IMG/VR virus record: IMGVR_UViG_3300033997_000310
Span: 1 to 64,000 of that record
DNA from: a virus
Length of the DNA: 64,000 nt
Strand: one strand, 5' to 3'
Part shown: one piece after another, positions 40,131 to 48,920 of the stretch
Position numbering within the stretch: position 1 is the first letter of the stretch
Layout of the letters: the number at the start of each line of letters is the position of its first letter
The notes under the pieces: model-generated
Databases searched by the model: none
Told to the model about the DNA's origin: nothing
Seen by the model: the letters and a program-made list of their open reading frames with translations, nothing else
Translations under genes and position numbers: made by a program

Positions 40131-42087
40131 TGGTAGCTCCCGTCTTGATCGACGGCAACGGCTCCACCCGCTGAAAGAACACGGCCAGCGCATGCTCTGC
40201 CCGGCTGCATCCGTCGCACCCAGGCGTGTGGTGGAGATTTGCTTTCCATGCGTCCGGATCAGCGGCGTTTCCGCACCCGCGAGCTTGATCGTATGCCCAT
40301 GACACGCGCGGCGTGGCCGGTCCTTCGGTAAAGCAGGCTGGGCTAGATGTCGGAATGTGCATCATCACTCCTTGCACGCGGCCGCCCAGATCATTATGGG
40401 CACGCAGAACCAGAGGCCGGCATAGAAAAAGGCGCGCACGCCTGTGACGGCGCCGGCCAGGATCAGCAGAACAGCGACCACGACCATGATCGTCAGGATG
40501 GTGACGCGGTTCACGATTTACCTTCCAGGCGGTCGGCTTCGGCGTTGATGGCCTCCTCAATTTCTTCCCACTCGCCGACGGTTTCATCGCCGTTGCCTGG
40601 ATAGACGGTTTGCCCTGTATCCCACTCAACGTGTCCGAATTCCTCCTGATAATCTTCACGTCGCTTGGTCACGATGGCGGCGGCGAGGCGCATGCCTGCT
40701 GCTTTGGCTTGCACTTCGGTCATCATCGGGGCCGGCGGGGCGGCGGCAATCATGGCGGCACACGCCGCGCTGTCGCTCATGTCCGTAGGCCGTGGCTCGT
40801 CGTGAAAATGATGCCCGTTTTTTACCCGCCAGAATGCGCCGATCATTTCCGGCGGGATTCGCGCCGGCACCAACCTCCACCCCGCCGGCAGGACCGCGAT
40901 TGGCGCGGGCTGGGGTTCGATGGCGGACAGGATGCGGCGCTCGTAGTTGGCCTGGGCGGCGGCTTTGGCTGCGTCTTGGCTTTCGCATTCCGTGATCTTG
41001 AAATCCTTCCCATATTCCAAAACCCAGACGATTGGACTTGCCCGCACTGCGCCGTAGGCATAGACCCGATAGCCCAGACCGCTGCCAGCAGCGTATTCGT
41101 ATGATCCAAAGTTTTCCCACACCAGCGACTTGACCCGAACGGCCCCGGCAAGCGCCGCGTCCCGTTCGGCCGTCAGCCGGGCAACATCTGCCCGCAGACT
41201 CTCCATCGTCTCCATAATCAATCCCTTTCCTGTCGAGCCCAACTTTGCCGCTGGGCGTGCATCATCTTGGCGGCCTCGAAACGATCTTCGGACCAGCCGT
41301 TGCCGACCGGCGGGTTGAGCGCGTCGATTGCCAGTTGCCTGGCCGCATCCCGTTCGGCGGTCAGACCCTCGACCTGGGCGCGCAGGGCGTCGATGGTGGA
41401 TCGCAAGCGGAATAGATCATTGGAGAACGTCGGGGCAGGCCGGGAAAAGATTTCGTCCAGTTCTTCCGCCGTCAGGGGCTTGTGGTCAGACATAGCGAAC
41501 CCTCCTATGAGGTGAAAGGCTCAACATGCACTCCAGGAAAGTCGCCAGCATCAACAGCGCGGCAACGCCTGCAATCTCCACCGCGTTGGGGGCGGCGAAG
41601 TACAGGCCGGTGAAGATCAGGAGTAAGATCCTGACGATCATGAACATGATGCGCATCATTGCTCTCCTTCGGTGATGGTGGACGATCAATTGGGCTCAGG
41701 CTCGCGGCCACGTATCCCGGCAGCCCCGGCAGCGGCGATGGCGTTACGAGCTATTCCCTGCAAGTGATCTGCGCTGTTCGCTATTGAGTACGCCATCCCA
41801 GACAGCCTGTGGCCCTGCGCTTCCGCACGCCGTTTCATTGCGGTAAGCGGATTGGCGATTTCTTCCAACGCCTCCAGCGGCCCCGCCGCCGCCTTCTCGC
41901 GCTCGGCAAACAGGGCGATTACGGCGCGGGCCATGTCCTGAAACGTTGCGATGTATGAAACCGGAAATACCGAAATCGGATGATCCGGCTCCTTTGTCCG
42001 AAATGTCGAAAGCATCACTTCCGTCACCAGTTCCACCAGATCGGCGGGCGGCACCATTTTGGTGGCGTCAACAATATGGTCAGTCAT
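40120..42087 (-). other. About six small hypothetical genes
   Basis: Coupled ORFs; two share an LTAERDAA coiled-coil segment. Confidence 0.55.
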
Positions 42088-42725
42088 TGCTTGAACTCCG
42101 GCCATGCGCCGATTTCGGCTGCGGTGAGAAGGCGATACGATCCGTCGCTGAAACGAACCGCATCGGGCGAATCGGTGATGGTGACGTCCGGCCATACGGT
42201 GGAGACGCGGATATCGGATCCCGTTGCATCGTCGCGGTTCATCGCCCAGATCGGACTGGAGACATATTCGCCACGGCGGTCACAGTGGTCGGCGTAAAAC
42301 CGGAAGCCGATGGGCACCGGCTTTATGTCAGCAGCCGGCGGGAACTTCGCCAAATACCACGCGGCCAGGCCGGTGGCGTTCTTGACGCCGACCTTGGCGT
42401 AGGCCCGCTGTGCCGCCTGCTTCACGGTGAAGATGTTGGCGCCCAATTCCCTCGCTATCTCGTCCATATACTTGCCCTCCGCCAAAAGGCGGGCAATATG
42501 CAGGTCGCGGTCGGAAAGCTGGACGTCGGGGGCGTCTTCCATCGGCATGCTCATGATCCTGGGCAGGCAAGTGCGGCGATCGATCCCCAATTTGGCCATG
42601 GCGTTCTTCATGACCGTTTTTGCCGTGCGGACGGACCAGCCCATGCGTCGGGCGATCTCCTTGTCCATCAGGCCCCGGGCACCGAGGATTGCGACTTGGT
42701 GTTCGCTAGGCTGGAGGCGCTTCAT
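42084..42725 (-). CDS. Tandem LuxR-type HTH regulator
   Basis: Two repeats of L...E/D......A.G...EIA..(M/L)....TV/AK......AK(L/V)G. Confidence 0.85.
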   Translation of the reverse strand: MKRLQPSEHQVAILGARGLMDKEIARRMGWSVRTAKTVMKNAMAKLGIDRRTCLPRIMSMPMEDAPDVQLSDRDLHIARLLAEGKYMDEIARELGANIFTVKQAAQRAYAKVGVKNATGLAAWYLAKFPPAADIKPVPIGFRFYADHCDRRGEYVSSPIWAMNRDDATGSDIRVSTVWPDVTITDSPDAVRFSDGSYRLLTAAEIGAWPEFKQ

Positions 42726-43081
42726 GTCGGCACCTTCAGATATACCGCTTCCCAGGCAGCAATCAGGCGGATCTCAAAATCCTTGATCGCGCCGTCAGCC
42801 AGAAGCTGGTCTCGGGTTATGCCGTAGAATTCCAGGCTCACCCAATTATCGGCATCTGCTTGGCCAACCATCTCAACGCTGATCGACTCAATGCGGAGAT
42901 CGCCATCAATGTGGTCGTATGCCCAGACGTTGATGTAAGTCTTGTCATTGCAGTGGCATGGGCTGGCGTCTACGCTGCGCTGGAAAAGCATCGGATGAAG
43001 GTCGAAACCTTTCGTGCGGCGACCGTGATTCCGATAGCCGGCGTTGGTCAGAATGGCGGTGATTTGGTCAATGGTCGTCAT
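42722..43081 (-). CDS. Hypothetical protein
   Basis: ATGA-coupled on both sides. Confidence 0.6.
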   Translation of the reverse strand: MTTIDQITAILTNAGYRNHGRRTKGFDLHPMLFQRSVDASPCHCNDKTYINVWAYDHIDGDLRIESISVEMVGQADADNWVSLEFYGITRDQLLADGAIKDFEIRLIAAWEAVYLKVPT

Positions 43082-43557
43082 GTCGGCACCTCAAAGCCCT
43101 CCGGCGGCGTCCAGTTCCAGATGCGCTGGAAACCCTTGGCGGGAATTGGGGTGGTCAGTTGTTGCACATCGCGCAACAACCAGCCAAACCGGCCATCATC
43201 CCAGTCGCCGACCGCCAATTCTTCGGCGGACAGGGTGGAGCGGATGTCTTCAGCACGATGGACGATGTCGATGATGGCGGTGGCGACCACGGCGCCGCGC
43301 GGAAGGCGATTCCAGTTCTCCAGCGCCTCAACCTCACCAAATCCAGCAGAGAGCAAGGCGTTGCCGATCACCTCAACGACTTCTGACGGCAATCGTTTCG
43401 CTCCTTTCAGAAGGTCGTCGGCGTCCCGAAGTGCCGCATGGATGGCAATCCGCTTACCGATCATGGCCTGGGGAGGCTTCCAGCCGCGCGTCTCGTAATG
43501 CTTCACGCCAGCGGCGATCAGTGAGGCGTAGGGCTGCCAGAGGGTGATTGCTCGCAT
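43078..43557 (-). CDS. ASCH domain protein
   Basis: AITLWQPYASLI..GVKHYETRGW, IAIHA, KGFQRIW. Confidence 0.9.
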   Translation of the reverse strand: MRAITLWQPYASLIAAGVKHYETRGWKPPQAMIGKRIAIHAALRDADDLLKGAKRLPSEVVEVIGNALLSAGFGEVEALENWNRLPRGAVVATAIIDIVHRAEDIRSTLSAEELAVGDWDDGRFGWLLRDVQQLTTPIPAKGFQRIWNWTPPEGFEVPT

Positions 43558-43564
43558 ATCGCCC

Positions 43565-43807
43565 TCAATGCAGCAGAAAGTCAGCAGGCGTCGGCGGGCG
43601 TGGCGACAGCCGATCCGGTGAGACGTTCGTCTCGACACGACGGTCGGCCAGCAACACGTCGTAGAATTCCTTGCCATTGCCGATGGTCCTGGCGCGAACC
43701 TGGCCCGCGTGCTTGCCGTCCACCATGGTGTCGATGCACCATTCCGGCATCGCATCGAGAACCCGCATGTTTCCGTGAGTGCGCGTCTTCATCATTTTCT
43801 CCTTCAC
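43565..43807 (-). CDS. Hypothetical SH3-like protein
   Basis: Coupled to the ACP gene. Confidence 0.5.
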   Translation of the reverse strand: MKEKMMKTRTHGNMRVLDAMPEWCIDTMVDGKHAGQVRARTIGNGKEFYDVLLADRRVETNVSPDRLSPRPPTPADFLLH

Positions 43808-44061
43808 GCGGCCTGCCGGCCAGCGCCGTGCTTGACCGCGATGTCGATCAACTGCTTCACCGTCATCTCGGGGAAGCTCTCCATATCGCAGTCCGGGATT
43901 TCGATCCCGAACTCCACCTCCAAGGCGATGGCCAGCTCAACCGCATCCAGGCTGTCGCAGCCCAGATCGTCCACCAGCGTGTCATCGTCTTCCACGGGAC
44001 GGCGGTCGAACCCAAGTTGGGTGGAAATGACGTTCTTGATGTCGCTGGCGACGTCGGACAT
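43804..44061 (-). CDS. acpP: Acyl carrier protein
   Basis: DDLGCDSLDAVEL..ALE.EFGIEIPD, with the phosphopantetheine Ser intact. Confidence 0.92.
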   Translation of the reverse strand: MSDVASDIKNVISTQLGFDRRPVEDDDTLVDDLGCDSLDAVELAIALEVEFGIEIPDCDMESFPEMTVKQLIDIAVKHGAGRQAA

Positions 44062-44096
44062 TGGCTGCTCCCCGTTCGTGCGTGATGATGGAAATC

Positions 44097-44148
44097 AGGT
44101 TATGATAAAAATCCATTATCAGCAACACGAATAATGCAAGAAATCCAT
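44097..44148 (-). promoter_or_regulatory. Leftward promoter with two ATG-N9-CAT sites
   Basis: TTGCTG-17-TAACCT; sites 44102-44116 and 44134-44148. Confidence 0.7.
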
Positions 44149-44257
44149 AAAATTTAACGCGCGGCGCGCCTGCCTTGATGATACGCAGGACGCGCGCTTG
44201 GCTGCACAGTCAGCCTATCTCTTGAAATAAGCTTCTGTCGGCTATATACTGCCCACC

Positions 44258-44656
44258 ATGATCAGACGCTACGCCAAGAACGCAGGGGCCGTATTTTCGT
44301 TGAAGTACCACATTGTGTGGTGCCCGAAGTACAGACGCTCCGTACTCACGCCGCCTATTGATGGTCGGTTGAAAGACGTGCTCGGCGAAATAGCGTCCGA
44401 ACACGGCATGACGCTTCACGCAATGGAAGTTATGCCCGATCATGTAAGCATCTTCGTGGACGCCGACCATACTCTTAGCGTCGCCGAGATCGTCAATAGG
44501 TTTAAGGGACGATCCAGCCGCGTTCTTCGCGGCGAGTTTCCTTCGCTGCGGTCCAGACTCCCAACGCTCTGGTCTCGCAACTATTTTGCGGCAACAGTTG
44601 GCGGCGTGTCGGAAGAAACTATTCGCCGCTACATCGACAACCAAAAGGGCAAGTGA
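44258..44656 (+). CDS. tnpA: Y1 HUH transposase with altered HUH motif
   Basis: YHIVWCPKYRR, KGRSSR, LWSRNYF, IRRYIDNQ; DHVS instead of DHVH. Confidence 0.92.
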   Translation: MIRRYAKNAGAVFSLKYHIVWCPKYRRSVLTPPIDGRLKDVLGEIASEHGMTLHAMEVMPDHVSIFVDADHTLSVAEIVNRFKGRSSRVLRGEFPSLRSRLPTLWSRNYFAATVGGVSEETIRRYIDNQKGK

Positions 44657-44659
44657 CGA

Positions 44660-45805
44660 ATGCCGGTTCTGAGTTACAAGTATCGCCTGTATCCGACACG
44701 CGCCCAAGGTGATGCGTTGACGGCGATGCTCGGCTCTTTCTGCGAATTGTACAATGCGGCCTTGCAGCAACGCATAGAAGCATACCGCCGTCAGGGAAAA
44801 ACGCTTCGTTATATTGACCAGGCCGGCGAGTTGAAGTCAGTGCGCGCCGTTGACGAACAGATGGCTGGCTACAGTTACAGTGCGGAGCAGCAGGTATTGC
44901 GCCGGCTAGACAAGGCATTTTCTGCTTTTTTTGGACGGATAAAAAAGGGAAAGGCTGGCTTCCCACGCTTTCGCGCCAAGAGCATGTTTGACAGTGCCGA
45001 ATTTAGGTTCGGTGACGGACTGACGATTCGGAAGACTGGAAAGCTTAGGGTTGCCGGAATTGACGGAGAAATAAAGGTAAAATGGCACAGAGATATTCCT
45101 GTTCGAGCAAAGATTGGCGCGGCAGTAATATCCAGATCATGCGGCAAATGGTACATATGCTTTCAGATCACCATGCCAGACGCTTATGGACCTTGGCCCG
45201 ACAAGGGAGCGGTCGGCATCGACATGGGTCTGTCGAACCTGATCGCCACATCGGACGGCGAGACGGTGCGGACGCCGCAATTCACCAAGGATGCGGTCAA
45301 GAAGCAGCGCAGGCTTCAGCGTAGTCTCGCGCGCTGCAAGCGGGGCTCCAAGGGGCGGGCAAAGGCCCGGCGTAACCTTGCGCGGCACAGCGCCAAAACG
45401 GCTAATCGCCGCAGGGACTTTGCGCACAAACTTTCCCGCTCCTTGGTAGAACGCCACAGCACCATAGCGGTTGAGGACCTGAACATCACCGTATTGGCCC
45501 GTGCGATACTTGCCAAGTCGGTCCATAATGCCGCGTGGGCGCAGTTGCTGGGGATGATCGGATACAAAGCCGCAAATGCTGGTGTTCGGGTGATCGCCGT
45601 CAACCCACGGGGAACAAGCCAAACGTGCCCGGAGTGCGGAGCTTTGGCCGTCAAAAAGCTTGCGACCAGAGTTCATAACTGCGCAAATTGCGGCTGTGTT
45701 ATGGATCGAGATGTTGCGGCGGCCATGGTTATACTTAAACGGGCGCTTTCTGAAATGGGGCCGGGACACGGCCTTGAGACGATAAGTGGGCGGATTGCCG
45801 CGTAA
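44660..45805 (+). CDS. tnpB: RNA-guided endonuclease TnpB
   Basis: YKYRLYPT, GIDMG, VEDL, TSQTCPECG..CANCG, DRDVAAA; RuvC D-E-D intact. Confidence 0.95.
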   Translation: MPVLSYKYRLYPTRAQGDALTAMLGSFCELYNAALQQRIEAYRRQGKTLRYIDQAGELKSVRAVDEQMAGYSYSAEQQVLRRLDKAFSAFFGRIKKGKAGFPRFRAKSMFDSAEFRFGDGLTIRKTGKLRVAGIDGEIKVKWHRDIPVRAKIGAAVISRSCGKWYICFQITMPDAYGPWPDKGAVGIDMGLSNLIATSDGETVRTPQFTKDAVKKQRRLQRSLARCKRGSKGRAKARRNLARHSAKTANRRRDFAHKLSRSLVERHSTIAVEDLNITVLARAILAKSVHNAAWAQLLGMIGYKAANAGVRVIAVNPRGTSQTCPECGALAVKKLATRVHNCANCGCVMDRDVAAAMVILKRALSEMGPGHGLETISGRIAA

Positions 45806-45886
45806 CTTGTCTCAGAAGCCGCTTGCTTAGGCGGGCGGAGTTGTCACGGCATGGCGCATTTTTTCGGGCGCGGCTATCATCGTGTC

Positions 45887-46132
45887 ATGACGAAACGATT
45901 CACGGTCATTGATGGGGGAGATCAGCCGCTCGCGGGAACGCGGCGGGACCGGAAAAATGATGCTGTCATGGTGCTGTGCCGCGTGTGCGAGGCTGACACC
46001 GGAGTCGCCACCGCCGTTTGGCTGCCGGCCAGGATGGGCGTCATGGAGCGCAAGGGCGTCACCGAGGGTGGCACCGACGCGCTGGTGTGCGCGCACTGTC
46101 TTTCAAGAGGCAAGGTCAGCATCGCGCCATAG
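45887..46132 (+). CDS. Small Zn-ribbon protein
   Basis: CRVC...CAHC. Confidence 0.6.
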   Translation: MTKRFTVIDGGDQPLAGTRRDRKNDAVMVLCRVCEADTGVATAVWLPARMGVMERKGVTEGGTDALVCAHCLSRGKVSIAP

Positions 46133-46219
46133 ATTTGCTGTCCAATTTTCGGCAATATCTGGACAACCATAGCGCGCCCCAACCGTGCATCATGGGATTT
46201 CCTCATTACGGAGATTCAC

Positions 46220-47020
46220 ATGCTGTCCACTTTGCTCCAGACTGAATTTCGCTGGCCAGCCGTGCCGACAACGGTGACTGTCGCCTTCATGGATGCGTCC
46301 GGACCAGACTATCCCATGGCCGGGTTTTCGCCGTTCACGGCGGCTGAGCGCGCCGCGGCGGTCAGCGCGATCGAGTATGTCGGATCTGTTTCCGGCATCA
46401 AGGTGCAACTGCTGGCCGATGGCGCCAACGCTGACATCGAAATCGGCTGGGCCACCCTGAATCAAAACGAGTGGGGCGTGACGCACCTCGACGAAACGAC
46501 GCAGCAGTCGGAAATATTCCTGTCGGCAGGCATGCGCGGCGGCCTCCAGATCGGGCCAGACCTGATGGGGACGCGCATTTTAATTCATGAGCTTGGACAT
46601 GCTGTATTTCGGTTGGCGGACATGCCTGGTGATGGAGTGTCAAACCCGCCGGCCACGCACCTTGATTATAATTGGTTGGACAGCACCAAGTTCACGCTCG
46701 GCGACCGCATGGTCATCACCAACGCCTATGGGGCACCTACGCCTGGTGCCGCGTGGTTCGATGCGGAATGGTATGTCGCCAAGTATGCAGACGTGCGCGC
46801 CGCTGTGCAGGCCGGCTACTTGACCGCTCAGGATCACTGGAACGCCTATGGCTGGGCTGAGGGCAGAGATCCGAGCGCGTTCTTTGATGCGTCGGAATAT
46901 CTTGACGATAATCCTGATGTCGCGGCGGCGCACGTCAATCCGTTGAACCACTATTTGCAGTACGGCCAATACGAAGATCGCGCGCCTATCATTGCCGCAG
47001 GATGGGACGGAATTTTCTAA
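46220..47020 (+). CDS. M10/serralysin-like metalloprotease domain + two FD..Y...PDV...H(W/Y)..(Y)G..EGR.P repeats
   Basis: ILIHELGH; C-terminal repeats; operator 46192-46206 and GGAG RBS upstream. Confidence 0.7.
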   Translation: MLSTLLQTEFRWPAVPTTVTVAFMDASGPDYPMAGFSPFTAAERAAAVSAIEYVGSVSGIKVQLLADGANADIEIGWATLNQNEWGVTHLDETTQQSEIFLSAGMRGGLQIGPDLMGTRILIHELGHAVFRLADMPGDGVSNPPATHLDYNWLDSTKFTLGDRMVITNAYGAPTPGAAWFDAEWYVAKYADVRAAVQAGYLTAQDHWNAYGWAEGRDPSAFFDASEYLDDNPDVAAAHVNPLNHYLQYGQYEDRAPIIAAGWDGIF

Positions 47021-47110
47021 TCCATGCACAATTGATATGGTACAAAGAACAAGCCGGGCGGCGCGCTAACGCCGACCCGGCTTCACTGCAACGGCATTCG
47101 GGGCCGCACA

Positions 47111-47638
47111 ATGTCCAAAGATGCTATACGTGCGTCAGGAATTACACAAGAGAAGCTTAAACAGATTATTTCATACGACCCGTCAACCGGACATTTCACT
47201 TGGCTTGTCCGCAGGTCGTGGCGCGTATTGCCTGGAATGAGAGCCGGCACGATCAATTCATCTGGTCATAGACAGATTAATATCGGGAAGTGTTTGGTAT
47301 TGGCTCACAGGCTTGCCTGGTTCTACATGACTGGAAAAATTCCAAATGGGGAAATTGACCATAAAAATAGAAACAGAGATGACAATAGGTGGGATAATAT
47401 TAGAGAGTCCACTAGATCGACAAATTGCGCAAATAAGGAAAAGCCTGCAACAAACACAAGCGGCTTCAAAGGTGTCAGCCTACATAAACGAACAGGAAAA
47501 TGGCAGGCGACAGTAAAGGTAAACGGAAAAGTGAAATATATTGGCATGTTTGCGGACAAAGTAGAAGCCGCTGCCGCTTACGCTAAAGCCGCAAATGAAG
47601 CGTTCGGCGAATTCGCATGCACTGACTCTGCCGCTTAA
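47111..47638 (+). CDS. HNH-AP2 homing endonuclease
   Basis: YDPSTG, AHRLAW, IDHKNRNRDDNRWDNIR, NTSGFKGV; low GC. Confidence 0.92.
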   Translation: MSKDAIRASGITQEKLKQIISYDPSTGHFTWLVRRSWRVLPGMRAGTINSSGHRQINIGKCLVLAHRLAWFYMTGKIPNGEIDHKNRNRDDNRWDNIRESTRSTNCANKEKPATNTSGFKGVSLHKRTGKWQATVKVNGKVKYIGMFADKVEAAAAYAKAANEAFGEFACTDSAA

Positions 47639-47841
47639 ATCTTCGACTCAACCAGCTTGGCCTTGCTGAACCACTCGTCATCGCAGATCGGGGCTGCGTC
47701 CGGGTCTGCGTCAATGCCGGCCTGGATTTGCTCGTCGGTGATGGCGTCAATAGCACGCAGGCGCTGCTCGCGCGTGGCCAGTTCGTCGGGCGTCATCTCG
47801 GATTGCGGCTTCAGCGTGCGGCGGATGATGGTCTCGGACAT
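47635..47841 (-). CDS. BrnA-like antitoxin N-terminal region only
   Basis: IDAITDEQIQAGIDADPDAAP..DEWFSKAKLV then stop; GGAG RBS. Confidence 0.6.
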   Translation of the reverse strand: MSETIIRRTLKPQSEMTPDELATREQRLRAIDAITDEQIQAGIDADPDAAPICDDEWFSKAKLVESKI

Positions 47842-47856
47842 AGTGTTCTCCGGTAA

Positions 47857-48359
47857 CTGAGTGGTGCCGGGATGCAATCCCCGATCTCTTTCGCCTTGCG
47901 GCTACTCTACCGGTGAGCCGGGTGCGTGAGGTAGCTGTTCTCACCTTCACCGCTCACCCCAAAAGCCCCAGCCGGCGAACCGGTCTGGGGCTGGTGCTGA
48001 TCCCGTCCGACGCCAGCGACGCCGATGGTGCGGTCAGTTGGGATTTGACATGCGCGAGTTCCGACAGGGGGTAATCTCTCGGCCTTTTTGCTCTGCACTC
48101 AAACCATGCGCCGTGTCGACCCGACGACTTCCGGCCTTTCGCGCCCGGCAGCGTCCTGTCTTGCCCCAGGCGGGTTGATGCTTTTGCCCAAAGGCACCAG
48201 CGCATCTACTGGCTCAGCCACCTCACGGTGACCTCGTAGGCTATGCCTGACCCGAAAGGCCCAGCCACGGCTTTACGTGGTCTGGGCCTGGGGCCGGCGT
48301 GGCGGGGGCTTCCGCCGGCTGCAACGCGGCGCCGGGGCAGGGCGTGTACCGCGTTGTAT
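47857..48359 (-). ncRNA. Large structured RNA candidate A (GOLLD-like)
   Basis: Many nested helices, UUCG and GNRA loops, loop-E AGUA/GAA, probable pseudoknot; starts right after tRNA-Pro CCA. Confidence 0.7.
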
Positions 48360-48437
48360 TGGTCTGTGCGAAGGGATTCGAACCCCCGGCCTCTTGCGCC
48401 CAAGGCAAGCGCTCTACGCTGGCTGAGCTACGCACAG
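48360..48437 (-). tRNA. tRNA-Pro(UGG)
   Basis: CTGTGCG/CGCACAG, CTTGC-CT-TGG-GC-GCAAG, GGTTCGAATCC, A73, CCA. Confidence 0.93.
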
Positions 48438-48440
48438 AAA

Positions 48441-48920
48441 CTGAATTGGTCGGGCCGGCACTGTCCGCCGTGCGCTGCCTCAGGTTGCTCTGGAATTCAT
48501 TTATCCGGCCATACAGCCGAACCCAGCCAGTGCGTCCCCGTGAACAGATTTTCCCGCCGACCAAACTCTTGCCCGAAGGCAAAACCGTTGCAGGGCTTCC
48601 ACCTGCTGCTCGGCAACTCCTTGCCTATCTGAGGGGTTCTTTCCGTACCACCCAACAAGACGGCATCTGCGTCCGACTGCCCGACCCGGATTCCGTCACC
48701 ATTAATACCAGCGGATTGGATACCGCATGAATGGGCCGTGCTATCCCCCGGCGAGGATGCGAGTTGCCCATGCGGGCGAAAACAGAAGGCATTTTACCGT
48801 CATACCCAGGACGTTAGAGAAGCGCGGGTAGCTACTGAGACCGCCAGCCATTCTCTATTTGTTGTGGCCGTTCCCGAGAGGTAATTGCCACTTGCCATAG
48901 ATAGCGCTCCATGGCGGCGT
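48441..48920 (-). ncRNA. Large structured RNA candidate B
   Basis: Long-range helices, UUCG hairpin, T-loop-like GGTGGAAGCCC; fills the space between tRNA-Met and tRNA-Pro. Confidence 0.6.

Larger units (their letters stand above)
44220..45847 (+). mobile_element. IS200/IS605-family element
   Basis: tnpA + tnpB; right end GAAGCCGCTTGCTTAGGCGGGCGGAGTTGTCAC ending at 45847; left end not resolved. Confidence 0.85.

Noticed and set aside
45848-45870. Self-target of the TnpB guide elsewhere in the window
   Set aside because: Only a short partial match was noticed (ATGGCGCAT near 83-91); not significant.
47907-48730. Short ORFs listed across the tRNA region
   Set aside because: No recognisable motifs or convincing RBS; they overlap tRNA-Pro and extensive RNA helices.
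48441-48920. tmRNA, SRP RNA or RNase P RNA assignment
   Set aside because: No Ala acceptor/T-arm or tag ORF, no SRP domain IV, and no GAGGAAAGUCC RNase P core could be identified by eye.
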